A stretch of DNA of 64,000 bases from the human T2T-CHM13v2.0 reference genome, Homo sapiens. Below the pieces are notes generated by a model. The model had not been told where the DNA came from and searched no databases. It saw nothing but the letters and a program-made list of their open reading frames with translations. The DNA lies in the NCBI RefSeq assembly GCF_009914755.1, contig NC_060929.1; one strand, given 5' to 3'. The position numbers and the translations under genes are program-made. Below are positions 48,842 to 62,810 of the stretch, piece after piece (position 1 is the stretch's first letter; every line of letters begins with the position of its first letter).

Positions 48842-49140
48842 GGCTGGGCGCGGGGGCTCACGCCTGTAATCCCAGCACTTTGGGACTGAGGTGGGTGGAT
48901 CACGAGGTCAGGAGATCGAGACCATCCTGGCTAACACGGTGAAACTCCGTCTCTACTAAAAATACAAAAAAATTAGCCGGGTGTGGTGGCACGTGCCTGT
49001 AATCCCAGCTACTTGGGAGGCTGAGTCAGAGAATTGCTTGAACCCGGGAGGCAGAGGTTACAGTAAGCCGAGATCACGCCACTGCACTCCAGCCTAGGCA
49101 ACAGAGCAAGATTCTATCTAAACAAACAAACAAACAAAAA
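48842..49140 (+). mobile_element. Alu (AluSc/Y-type) about 300 bp upstream of the 75-nt exon
   Basis: Full Alu, (AAAC)n tail, imperfect TSD aagaaaaaa(a)t(a/t)gctt. Confidence 0.95.
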
Positions 49141-49444
49141 CAAGAAAGAAAGAAAAAAATTGCTTATTTGCTGAAAGCGGGGAATTGTACAGAAGAACAA
49201 AGATTAAATATAGATTTATTTGTAAATGTATTTGGAAGTCATATTTTTCTCCAATTTAAAGAAACACATGGATTGTTTTCTTTAGCTTCCTGTTGGGTGA
49301 CTTGTTCCCACCCACCTTCACCCCATCATCAAATACAAAAGAAAGCAAATAGATAAATAAGTTAGTTTTATTTTTGAATAACAAATATTTTGTCATAAAA
49401 GCTGAGAAGACGTGCTTCATTAAATTTTTTTCTTGTGTTGTTAG

Positions 49445-49519
49445 CTGATTTTGGACTCTCTAAAATTGTGGAACATCAAGTGCTCATGAAGACAGTATGT
49501 GGAACCCCAGGGTACTGCG
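49445..49519 (+). CDS. CAMK4: CAMK4 internal coding exon (75 nt, probably exon 7): (A)DFGLSKIVEHQVLMKTVCGTPGYC, DFG motif and activation loop with the CaMKK site Thr200
   Basis: Acceptor ttttttcttgtgttgttag ends at 49444 and the donor is G|gtatgc. Phases are 1/1, and it joins in frame to the previous exon (ATC G|CT GAT TTT GGA). The peptide is visible inside ORF 49435..49668. Confidence 0.97.
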
Positions 49520-50348
49520 GTATGCTCTTTAATAATTATATTTTACTTTTATTGTTATTTGAAATGTATTTTTGTTTAGCAATCTCATTTTTAAAAATTC
49601 CTAATATTTCTATTTATAAATGCTTAAAATTTGTTGCAAATCTCTATGAGGAAGGCATACATAAATAATACTCAGATCACTTCTTGTTTTCTATGAGAGG
49701 TTCAAGGATGTTGGTTTTAGGGCACTGCTGTTAGAATGCCTTTGAGCCAGTGGCTACTCTTAGACCCACTGGGCAGCAGAAAGACCATCACCACAGAGGG
49801 CAAGGAAACACCATCGTTTATAGTTGGAATTAAATCCATGGGCCCTTTGTCACTTTTCTTTGCTTTTCCTTGGATGGAGAGTGTGTGTTTAATTCAGATG
49901 GCATATAGGACGATGGTGAGAATGGGGTGGTCCCTAGTTCTTTCCATGGCCTGGCCTAGCCTCACTAAGACAAGGACTTCAGGTGAGATTTTCCTAGAAG
50001 AGTTCTCCAGTCCCTGCAGATGGACCACAACTACGTTGAGCTCTTCACATCTTCCCGCCTCATCGCCCAGAGTGGGCTGAAGGCATTGCAATCAGAAAGA
50101 ACAAAAGCTTTTGACCCATACTAGCATAAAACCTGCTCTGTTTTTCTTGATGGTCAAATTAATTTGGCAACAACTTGAAAGCCAATAAAGTTTGTAAAAA
50201 TTATCAAGAATTCCTAAAATTGTTGTGATTATTGAATATGTCACAGTTCAATTAAAATTCTAATCTAAATTATAAAGAAAAAAGACAAGATTTCAAGTTA
50301 TCAATCACAAGATTAGTGATCCTTTTCTCTTAGATCAGAATATTTTTA

Positions 50349-50661
<313 letters not shown>

Positions 50662-50821
50662 GAGAATATTTTTACACAAATGTCCTTTATTTCAATTCAT
50701 CTCTTCAGTGAACTGTTAATCACCTACTGTGTAGTCAAGCCAGTGTGTGGCACCAGGGAGATGCTTTTCCTGCCCTTACACCCACACTGGGGGCTCACAA
50801 TCTACAAGAAAACAGACATGT

Positions 50822-51121
<300 letters not shown>

Positions 51122-51639
51122 TCCAGAAATGCAAACCAAGAAATTATAGCGTCTTAAGAAATATTGTGTTGTATGTATCGAAAGCCACCATGGAAACATA
51201 GAAGAAGGGTGATATTTTGAATTATCTGTCTTGTTTTCTATAGCGCTTATATTTGAGGTCACCCCTGCCCCAGAAATAGACAAAGAAGTACTACAAAACT
51301 AACTCCTTTTAACAACTTTTGAAATCATAAAAATCAGATTGGCGAAGTGCGATAATATATTCATTGAAGCATATATGTGATTAAATCCATAGAATTTTAG
51401 TGCTGGAAGGAACTTTAAAGTTCATTTATTAACATTCTAATCTTATTAAGTTCAGAGACTTTGACTTCACCAAGATTCCACATCTAGTTGTTAGTGGCTC
51501 AGGAATAAGAATCCAGGTATCCAAGGGCCTAAAAATCATAGAATTTCCCTGTACAAAATTAATATAGATAAATCAATATAGTTTTATTCATAGAAGTATT
51601 TATCAATTATTGCTTTTATTTTAAAATCTTCATTTTAAT

Positions 51640-51886
51640 ATATATATATTTTTTGAGACAGATCTCGGCTTATAGTAACCTTTGCCTCCCGGGTTCAATT
51701 GATTCTCATTCCTCAGCCTCCCAAGTAGCTGGGATTCCACCACACCCAGCTAATTTGTTGTATTTTTAGTACAGATGGGGTTTCGCTATGTTGGCCAGGC
51801 TGGTCTCGAACTCCAGGCCTGAAGTGATCCTCCAGCCTCGGCCTCCCAAAGTGCTGGGATTACAGGCATGAGCCACCATGTCCAGC
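51640..51886 (-). mobile_element. Alu with internal deletions, TSD TCATTTTAAT
   Basis: Antisense Alu; the right arm is shortened (gagaca|gatctcggct). Confidence 0.9.
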
Positions 51887-51921
51887 TCATTTTAATTTTT
51901 TATACCTCAAAAGTATTACTT

Positions 51922-52211
51922 GGCCAGGTGCAGTGGCTCATGCCTATAATCTCAGCACTTCGGGAGGCTGAAATGAGAGGATTGCTTGAGGGTCAGAATT
52001 CAAGACGAGCCTGGCCAACATGGTGAAAAAAAAAACAACAACAAAATAATTAGCTGGGCATGTTGGCATGTACCTGTTGTCCTAGTTACTCAGGAGGCTG
52101 AGGCAGGAGGATTGTTTGAGCCCAGGAGTTAGAGGCTGCAGTGAGCTATGATTTTACTACTGCATTCCAGCCTGGGCAATAAAAGGAAACCTGGTCTCAG
52201 GGAAAAGAAAA
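51922..52211 (+). mobile_element. AluJ-type element, TSD AAAAGTATT(A/C)CTT
   Basis: Diverged full Alu with a flanking duplication. Confidence 0.92.
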
Positions 52212-53894
52212 AGTATTCCTTGGTCATTGGAAGAAATAAAAATCCAAATAACTATACTCAATATTAACAGCCTCCTGTGCATTCTCTTGTACTCTTCTAT
52301 GTCTCCTTGTCCATCTAAGCATTTTATAATATTGTTTTAATGAGTTAGTATTAATTCTGGATGGAGAGTTCTTAGAAGGAACATTTTAGGTAGACATGAA
52401 GGATGAGTAAGAGTTCAACAAGTGAAGAAGTGGCCACAGGGCATTCTTTGTCAGTGGGTACAGGGAGAGCAAAGTCATGGAGGATTGGCAGCATCTGGTG
52501 AGTTTAGGTGCTGTTTGTCACTTTGTCAACTTTGTATGACTAGAACATAGAGTTTTTGGTACAGAGGGCACAAATGGACTTAGAAAGGTCGGATGGACCA
52601 TGTGTTTAAAGAATCTATACATCAGGCTAAGGGATTCAGATTTGACTTGGTAGGTAATGGTGATCCAGCAAAGGTTTTTAATCAAGGCAATATTTTTAAA
52701 TCAGGTCTGTATTTTGTAAATATCTTGATGATAACATTATGACATATTATGACATGAATTTAAGGGGGAAAGGGATAGAAAGAAAACAGACAAATTAGCT
52801 ATTGTAAATGCTCTTTTCTACCACTCTCATGTCAGAAATCTACACACATGCTCATGTCCTTCCTTAGCTTCTCAGCAGATGACATGTTCAATCTATTCTT
52901 AAATCTATCTACTTTTTTAAAATATTTAAAAATTGTAAAAATACTGTTTTAATATATTGTCCTTTCCATAAACAGGCCCTTCATACAAATAATGCCATCT
53001 TATAATGGAGGCTTATTTTCTATTATTATTTTCTCTTGCAAATATCCGTTTCAGCCTAGATGGTAAATAACGAGGAAACAGAAATAAGAGGTTGAAAGTG
53101 ACCAGGATAATTCTACTATAGGTAGTGGCTTATCAGGAAAAAGTAGTTTGCCATATTATAAGAAAAGGAAGTGAAAGCAGCAAGGAAGCTTGGCATGGGG
53201 GTTGGAAGGTAGACTCTACTTACCTTAGTGAACTATTTTGGGGATTGAGATGGAAAATAAAAGTGTTTTTTTGGCTCTAAAGTGCTAAACATAGAAATGT
53301 AATTACTATTATATAGGCGGGGGCAGTCTTGGAAGTCAAAAACAAGTAAGTTTAACATATTTCTTTAGCAGACAAAGGTTCCATTTTTATGTAAGTAAAT
53401 ACATATGTGTTCATACATACTCTTGACCCAAAGGAAATACACTAAAATATTACCTCACAATGGGAGCCAAAGAGGGGGTAGGATTTTAAGGATACACCTG
53501 TGTGTGGTAACATAGGAAACATTGGAAAACACTTGGGAAAAACAGAAGTCACAGTAATACTAGGGCCCAGGAGTAGATAACCTAGAGCAGAGGCAATATC
53601 TAGGGTTTTGAATTAAATACAAATTTTAATCTAGTTATGAATATTTGTTTCATCTATCTTATAAAAAATTAAATTGTTAACAGGTAAAGCTAAAACCCTC
53701 TCTGAAGATCAGTTCTAGCCCTTTCTTCCCTCACCACAGATAGATACTCTCATCAGTCTGGCATGTATCTTTCTGAGAATAAGTTGGTGGGGAGGAAACT
53801 GTCCATTTATAGAAGGAGTTGGAAATGAGAGCCAAGCTCAAGACTGGTGAGAATCATTATGATTCTATAGAAAGCAAAGAATTTACGCAGAGAC

Positions 53895-54425
53895 TGTTTT
53901 ATATTCTTTTATGGCCACAAGAGGAGACAGAGGAGAGCCTCAGGAAAAAAAAAGAAAAGTGTATTAAACTTACATATCCTAGAGACAGGAGGCACAGCAA
54001 GCCACCCAGGGCCACGCAGGAAAGAAGACACCAGGGTGGTCAGGAGGCAGAAGACAGGAGAAAGGGAAAGTTTAGACTACTGCCTTTTGGGGTATTTTCT
54101 TGGGAAAGGCAAGGCAAGGCAGGGTGAACAGTTTAGGATTGCCTAGTTTGAATAATTTGTGTGGGTTGCCTGGCTCCTGGCTCCTGGCCCTGGGATGATT
54201 AAGGCAGAGGAATATCCCCTCCTGGGGTGTGTAGGTCAGATGGATGAGGTATGGCACTGGACTGGTTAATCGGTATGTGAAAGGCATGCTCCAGGCTGGA
54301 CGCTTTCTTATCTTTCAGAATTAACAAGCCACAGGAGAGACAGGCTCTCTGCAACCAGAAAAGCTTTTTAAGATGTCAAAAACATCATAATATATATAAA
54401 GAAAAATTTAAAATATTTACAATAC
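53895..54425 (-). mobile_element. Old ERVL-class solo LTR (LTR40-like)
   Basis: cagtttaggattgcctagtttgaataattt...cctggccctgggatgattaaggcagaggaatat resembles recalled ERVL LTR consensus. Subfamily and strand are tentative. Confidence 0.55.
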
Positions 54426-56089
54426 AGAGACTTTACTTTGAACTTGAAAAAGTGTCTGACACCCATATAATTGACAGAGATGAGATGCGAGCTTGTTTCG
54501 TTGCTTGTTAGGATGATTATATCCAAGGTCGATTATCCTTAAGTGCACTGTGTCTAGTTTCTACTTTTAATGGAAGGCTTTTCAAATTACATCTTGTGAG
54601 AGACTGGGTGTTTATGTTATACCATCTGTCATTTCTCAGGAAGTAAAAAAGGAAAAGCCATCCATTCTGTCTCTTTCATAGAACCCTTGCCCCAGGCTAT
54701 TAATAAACAGGGCTCTCCTATAAGTGAATCGCAAAAGAAAAATCACAGATGCTTCATGTTTAAGCAAATACTCATTATTTCCTTGGAAATGTGCCCAGTC
54801 AAAACCAAACTCCAGGCCAGAAAATTAAAATTTATGGTCCAGATAAGTGAAATCAATGATTAGTGTTCAAAAATAACCCATGAAGAGTTCAGTGTTGAAG
54901 GGATTCTCAACATCTTGTGGATGAGAAAATAAGTAGGTCACACAGACAAAAAAAAAAAAAAAAAGAAAAAATCGATCAGGCCATAGCTCCTAATAAATGT
55001 GCTACAATATAACTATACAATATTAACTGCCAAAATGTTTTAACTGGTCTAGATATTTAAGGCTTGAAGTTTGTGGATGTTTCAAACCCACCCACGCCAA
55101 TCCTAGAAAAGAAAATCAAGTTGTTAGAGTAGAAAAGAAACCACTATGTTAAGGGCTTAGGTAAAAAAAAAATTATATCTAATACGAATTATCTAATTTA
55201 TTCATAAGCTTAAGTATGTTCATATTTCATATTTGTACTTGTCTTTATTCAAATTCTATTTTCAGAGTCTACAAGCTGTTAGGAGTTTGTTTTCTTTTGG
55301 CATTTGCCAAGGTCTCATTAGTTCTGAGACAGTCCTACTGGCATAACTCAGAGGAAGTATTAATACATAAAAATGTCCCATGTGCTAAGCCTCTAAGCAT
55401 AACAGTGTTTTGCTATTTTCAGGCTTTAGTAATGGCAAATATATATTGTGCTTCTATTTAAGCCAAAATGAAGGCTAATTATTAACAATTGAAGAATGAG
55501 TTCCTACGATATGCAGAAATCCCTGTACTTAGAGTCTGCAGGTGCCTAATTCTACAAATAATATTGTAGAATAATAATATTCTACAATAATATTCTGAGT
55601 TTCCATAAAGAAGGAATACATATATTTCATATATACTATGACTGATTCAGTCTTAAAAACTCTCATTGCTTGGTAACCAATTAATTCTGTCATAATTATC
55701 AATAATTATAAATGGAGGTGGTATAATAAAGAGATGATTAAATGTGGCACTTCAGCTATTGAATGTGAAGGCATGATGAAAGTGTAGAATGACAGGTAAA
55801 AGAGAGAGTCCCTCACCTTCCAGCTCTTAAAACTATCCTTGAATGATACCTCCCAAAGGATCAGCAAATAGTGATGGGCTAACAAAAGTCAGTGTCACCA
55901 ACCTGATGTTCAGTATTAAAACCACACATATATTGCTCATCTACCCTAAGGCGTGGTAGGTCTCCATAGATATATGGGTGACTACAGGGATGGGCTGGCC
56001 ATATTTGGCCCTGTTTACCTGATGCTCACAGGCATAGATTGCTGGTTGTTGTTGCTGTTGTGGTATTGTTGTTGTTCATGTTTTCATGC

Positions 56090-56310
56090 TTTACTAGGCT
56101 TGGAAGTCAGATGGCTGTTCCTACTTCAGGCTTGACCTTGAATATGTTAGTGAAACCCTCTAAATCTCAGTCTCCTCAACTATACAATGGGAATAATAAG
56201 AACACTTATTTCACAGGGCTATTATAAAGAATAAATAAGATAATGTATGTGAAGTTCTTGCACAGTACCTGGTAACTAAAACATGTAATGAATGTTAGGC
56301 ATTACTGAAG
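56090..56310 (+). mobile_element. MIR SINE
   Basis: ctctaaatctcagtctcctcaactatacaatgggaataataag...cacagggctattataaagaataaataagataatgtatgtgaag. Confidence 0.75.
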
Positions 56311-56521
56311 TCATTATAATGAATATCATCATCCTCATCTTTTCTTATTACTGTTAAAAATGTATCAATTCCTTTTATTATGCAGTATGATTTTTCCATT
56401 TTGTCCTCACAAGAGTAAGTCCTAATATTCGGGGAGTTGGTTTGAGGTCTTTGAAATTACTACATCTCTGCCACAGTTCTTTAGTTTAGAAATAAAAACA
56501 CTCATTAAAAAAAAATTTCTC

Positions 56522-56830
<309 letters not shown>

Positions 56831-58749
56831 TTAAATGACATTGATGGTTCTAAACTTTATTGTTTATGGCCATTTTTAAATAGTTTTTTAGATTTTTAAA
56901 CTTACTAAATATGAATGTGATAGTTCCTGAGAATGGAGAGTGGTTTTAATAGGGTAAACCATTAAAAAAAAAGGTAGAGAAAAGAAATGGAATCTTTTTA
57001 AAGACTACTGGTTTTCCAAATAGTAGTTTTAGAAATTTTGGTATTTTTACTAGGTAAATATGACACTTCCTACTGGGTAAGTATGAAGTTACACTGAAAA
57101 ATGTATCCTTCTGTGTAACTTAATATATACCTACTTAAAATTATTATTCCAAAATTGGAAATGATTGGACAAAAGATGGGATTTGTTCCTTAGTTTTGAT
57201 GACTACAGGAAGACAAAGTCTCCTCAGTGATCAGACACTGAATGAAACAGGAGATATGCTGAAGTTCACTGAGTCAGTTCCAGCATCTGATCTGTCAGTG
57301 CCACTTTTGTGCTGGGAGTTCACTGCATTGTATTTATTTATGGAGGTCAATGAGCTGCTCAGAGATGACACTGTGCTCTGACAGCCTTTATCAGGGGAAT
57401 TCAAGTTTCTTTGGATAGCTATGGGACTATGAGTTTCTGAAATTTTTACAACCACAGAAAAAATGAAGGATATTTTAACTTAATATTTTAATAGGTTAAA
57501 AGGATAAATTTAAGAGTACTTTATTAAAAATAAACAATAATCTTCTCTTCCTCACACACACACATTATGCAGAGCCATTTTCAAGAATCCAGGAACTAAA
57601 AAGCTTTTAAATAGGAATAATTTCTAGGGAGCTTATTGGAACATATCAAGCAGACCTTACATTTGAACATGTCCTATGAATATTACCATTGAAAGTATTT
57701 CTTAAAATGCTATTAACAGAACAGTTTCTAAGATGACACAACACAATTAAGCAAGTCTTGTCTTCCATTAGTGCCCATTCATGATTTCAAGGATGATTCC
57801 ACACACTTGCCACATTGCTACTTTGAAAAGAAATAACCCATTAGATTCACTATGCCAAAATTTAAGACAAATTTTCAACAGCTTATAGTTGAACAGAAGA
57901 GATCTCTGCTTAACTCTTAACAAAACAGAAAGTTGGGTTAGCCAATAAGCTACATTTTCTCTAACATGAACACATATGAAAAATGTAGGAAAACTTAAAT
58001 AAAAGAAATACATCTCATAATCTAAAATAGAAACTTTTAGTATAGTTTCACAAAAGGCATAGTGTTTGTGTTCATTTCCAGAAGAATAAATAGCTTAAGT
58101 GAAATAATAAGAGTCTTAAATTATACTGCAATCCAATCAAGTAAAGGACGATCTCACCCAAGAATGAATTAAATACCCAAAGTGGCAACTTCATTTTTAC
58201 AATGAACTTTTAAAAAATCTAGTTAATTAAATGCATGGTAAAATTCCAGTTGCACTGACTGTAACTTTCTACTTGACCGGCTCGTGTGCTGCACACTAGG
58301 GTTCCTGTGTGGCTTTTGGACAATGGGAAAACGACCATCAGGGAAGGGGAGAGGACGTGAGGCAGAGAATGCTAACCAGGTGTGGAGGGTACCCCATATC
58401 CATCTCCCCTCCTGACCATAGCCCTACTTTCTCCCTAAGGAGATTGTGTCCCCAAGCCGTCATATAACTGCCACAGGCATGCTTGCAGCATCTGAGTCAG
58501 TTGAGTAGTGCCAGGTAAAGGAAAAGTAGGGACAGATACAGGGTGGCGAGGAAGGGTCATCCAGAGCTCATCTTGTTCTTGATCATGGAGAGGAAAGGGA
58601 CTCTGCAGGTTGGGCATGAGCTTAGTTTAAGCTGTGTTAGAAGTTTGAAATCTGAAGAAAACTGCGTCTTTGGAGTCTTTATATTGGTTTCGTACTGCCC
58701 TGAACAAAGCGGTTTCTCTGGAACTTTAGTTGTGTAAAACAATCAGGTT

Positions 58750-59520
58750 TTTTGTCATTTATTAAATATTTGTTGTGCTTCTATGCACTAGGCACTGTTG
58801 TATGTTGTAAAGACATAGCAGTAAAAACCAGACCAAAAGAACTCTTCCTTAAGTATACTGTAATACATTTTAGTGGGAGAAGACAACAATACACATGTAA
58901 AATATACAGAAAGAGGTGATAATTTCCCATAGAAATTATAATATAAAGTTGGAAAAGGAGCCTGGGTTATAGTTTAAACAAGGTAATTAAGGAAGGCTTT
59001 GTGTTAGAATGGAATATATAAGCAAAAATTTGAGAGAGGAGAGAGCAAACCACATACATACCTAGTGAAAGAATGTTCTAGGTGAAGGGGATGGGGCACA
59101 CTAATCCTGAGGCAAGAACACACCAGGTGTCTTTAAAGTCCACCAAGAAGGTTAGTTGGTTGATTGGAATGCAGTGACAAGGGCAGAAAATAGTAGATAG
59201 GAGAGGGGATAACTAACAACTGAGGGAATGGAGTTAACATTTCCTGAGATGGGAAGACATCGGAGCATCAGGCTTGGGACTTGTTAATTTCTACATGTCT
59301 GTTAGATATCCAAGTGGAAGTGACATGTGGGCAGAAGGGAATATATGGTCCACATGTCAACTTGGCTACTGGTATCAATGTGGGTGTTACCAGCATATAG
59401 ACGGTATTTCAAGTCATGAGACTATCAGGCATCCCCAAGGCAGAAAAGGAGACAACCCAGACTAATGCTTCAGCAACACCATCATTAGTAGGCCAGAGAG
59501 AAGAGAAGGAACATTTATTA
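58750..59520 (+). mobile_element. L2 LINE fragments
   Basis: ttaaatatttgttgtgcttctatgcactaggcactgtt..., tttcctgagatgggaagac, gttagatatccaagtggaag. Strand and boundaries are uncertain. Confidence 0.55.
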
Positions 59521-59984
59521 TTTACAGAAATTCAAATAGTAGAGGAAGCTCCACAAGGCAGAAGTAGGAATTGTGATGGATGTTGCAAGGCACAGATTTC
59601 TGGCTCAATATACAAGACAACATTCTAACAACTAAAGCTGTCGGCAATAGTAAGGGCTATCTCCTTGGTTTGGGAGTGTTCACAAAAGCTGATTGACTCA
59701 TCACTCAGGATCCAAGGCTATCAGCAAGGAAAGAGAAGGAAGACTCCTGTTAAGTTTTATATCACCCATTAGGTACATAGTGTGTGGTAATAAATAATAT
59801 CACCAAAAACTGCCTATATACTCTATACATGTAAACTAAGTTGAGGATTTTGGCAACCACTTACTTAAATCAAAGTTAACCAAATATATTTTGGATTGAG
59901 ATGGTTGATAAAATCGAATCTCAAGAGATTGTCCCCAGTGTCCTCTCCTGACTTCTCATGTTCTCTTTGAGTTTAGAGACAGTC

Positions 59985-60142
59985 TTTTTTTTTTTTTTTT
60001 TTTGAGACGGAGCCTCGCTGTGTCACCCAGGCTGGAGTGCAGTGGCTTGATCTCCGCTCACTGCATCACTGCAAGCTCCGCCTCTCGGGTTCACGCCATT
60101 CTCCTGCCTCAGCCTCCCAAGTAGCTGGGACTACAGGTGCCC
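59985..60142 (-). mobile_element. 5'-truncated AluY (right monomer only) with TSD GAGACAGTC(TTTT)
   Basis: A T-run followed by gagacggagcctcgctg...ctacaggtgccc; gagacagtctttt lies on both flanks. Confidence 0.93.
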
Positions 60143-60534
60143 GAGACAGTCTTTTAATGTAATGGTAATCCTTAACTTCTGGGTCTCCAGACCATAAATC
60201 ATTTTTGATGCCCACTTCAGAAGACACTACTTCGAGAACAGAACCAACTGTGCCAGAGAATTCACAGTTCTGTGAGGATTCAACTCTATTATTATATATG
60301 TGGGGGTGGGATGATGGGAGGAAAAGAGGTCAAAAGGAAGAGGTGATTGATAGCAAGTGGGTAGAAGATTTGCTTAAAATGTCTTATTTTGGACCAGAAC
60401 ACCCACAAAATGTTCCACTTTAAAATGTTATTACAGAAAGGATATGCATAAAATAAAAATAAAAAGTTTTGCAAGAATTATTATTGATTATCATCAGTGA
60501 GAAGGTTTATATCTCCGTTAGAGAAAAACATAAT

Positions 60535-60535
60535 G

Positions 60536-60573
<38 letters not shown>

Positions 60574-60815
60574 TTTTGAGGCAGAGTCTCACTCATTCCC
60601 CCATGCTGGAGTGCAGTGGTGCGATCGATCTTGGCTCACTGCAACCTCCACCTCCCAGGTTCAAGCAATTCTCCTGCCTCAGCCTCCTGAGTAGCTGGGA
60701 CCACAAGCGCACACTGCCACACCGGGCTAATTTTTTGTATTTTAGTAGAGACGGGGTTTCACCGTGTTGCCCAGGCTGGTCTTGAACTCCTGAGCTCAGA
60801 CAATCCACCCACCTT
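60535..60815 (-). mobile_element. Alu (AluS-type), 5'-truncated
   Basis: Antisense Alu ending ...caatccacccacctt. Confidence 0.92.
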
Positions 60816-62102
60816 GTAATATTTTTCACACTTAACACGAGACACTTTAAATTCTAAGTCCATTACTTTATCTTTGCACCTCCATCTACTGAAGATATTT
60901 TTATGTAATTTTAATATTAGGATGAGATAGGTTTATTTATTTTATCCTACTTCATCCCACGAAAATTGAAAGGTAGCTTTTCAACAGTTAATACCACTTT
61001 GCTGGCATCCATCACAACTCTGAAGTGACCTGGAGACTCGGTCTGATTCAGAGTTGGAGAAAATGGCAATGACTTCAAGATAGGAAGGCTCAATGGAATT
61101 TCACAGAAAAGCAAATTTCACAGGGCAATAAAAATAAGTTGTATTTTTTTTTCCTTTTTTGAAAGCACTAGGTATTCTCAAATATTTGATTTTCTCTTCA
61201 GGATATTATTTAAAAATAAAAAATAAGATGAGGGAAATAAACAGACTATTTTCACTCATTTATTAGATTTATACAAAGAGAAAATCATATAATTCTTGCG
61301 GTAAGGAAGACTTTTTTAACAGCTTAAATGAAAAACATGAAGTGGGAGTTGGATTGACTGATAATTGCAGTGCAAAAAATCAAGAGCCCTGGAGGAAGGA
61401 AAGAGTGAGTTAGAACATAAAGTATATCACTTGTGTTTCAAAACACCTAACTTTTTCTTTTCTCACTCCACTCAAGTCACAGAAAACTAAAATGACAAAA
61501 GCCCCAAATACCTTCTCAGTCCTTCTCAACCTTTCAGAGCATGGCACGCATAGAATTGAGAATATTCTGAGATTCACTGTAGTAAGCTGACAAGGCAGCT
61601 TCTAGCCAGAGGCAACCCCCTCTGGAAGTCTCAGGTGTGATTCAGTCTCATCTGCACCTTTGTCACTGCACTTAATCTCCTGAACTGGGGCATTATCTTT
61701 TTATCAAATCAAAAATTGCACCAAGTTTTAAACAGGTTGTGCTCCTTTCTTAGCAAATGTAGATGACAGCTAAACAAAGGACCGCACAAAGTACAGATGC
61801 TGAGAAAATCACCCAGTGTGGAGTCTGCCCAACTGTGGGCACTGCTGCCGCCGATAGGCAGCTGCCTCAAGTGCATTCTTCTCCTCTGGGTTCCTAGGCC
61901 AAGCTAGGAAAAGGATAGAGGCAGAGAATTTCCTAACACTGCTTTTCAGCCTCCCTAGATAAATCCCCTCCACCCTTCACTCTTCTCCCTCCTCCCTCCT
62001 CCTTCCCAGAGGCACAGTTTAGAGAGACTCTAGATGCTGGGCTCAAGATACAGTGGATTTTTGTGGCTCGCAGAAAACACTGAATTCAAAACAAGCCTCT
62101 AT

Positions 62103-62140
<38 letters not shown>

Positions 62141-62329
62141 CATTTGCCCCTAGCTCTAATAGGGACAATAATTCTGGAAAGTCAGGTTCAGGCTTTTAGA
62201 TGCAAATAGATCTTTTCCCATATGTTTTGAATTGCTAAAACAGAAAGAGTGGAAAGAATTTTGAAACAAACAAGACCCCTGACCTACTGGATCTTCAGTC
62301 TGGCCTCTACCTGCCTCACAGGCACTGCT

Positions 62330-62810
62330 CATCCCACCTAGGCATGGCTGGATACTTGAGCCATGCTCCAGCCATGTTGGCTTCTTTCAGTTCCTCCAGT
62401 GCCCCTTGCTTCTTCCTGCCACAGGGTCTTTGCATAACTTTTTCCACTTGCAAGTCTATTCTCTTTTCCTTCAACCTCTTCCCCATTTGCCTAATTAACT
62501 TCTCTAGATCCTCTACATCTCAGTTCAAACTTTCTTTGCACCAGTCACATTCGCTGACCTCTGTGACCAGGCCAACCCCGTACTAAAAATATTCTTCCTC
62601 CAAGCATTTCCAGTTATCACTTTGCATTTCTTCCTTTGATGTTTTTGATTTATGTCTACATCCCCCACCTAACTGTAAGCTCCTAGATGAAAAAGACTTG
62701 TTCTCTTTAACCTGCTCATTATTCCCCTAGCACCTCCAAGTATAGTTGGCCCATCACACAGCAGGTGCTTAATAAATATTTGATGATTTCTTTAATGAGT
62801 GAGTGAATGA
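62330..62810. mobile_element. L2 3' end
   Basis: actgtaagctcctagatga...cccctagcacc...cacagcaggtgcttaataaatatttg...gagtgagtgaatgaa, the characteristic L2 terminus. Confidence 0.75.

Noticed and set aside
49435-49668. 77-aa ORF as a stand-alone small protein
   Set aside because: Only 49445-49519 is exonic; the remainder is read-through past canonical splice sites into intron.
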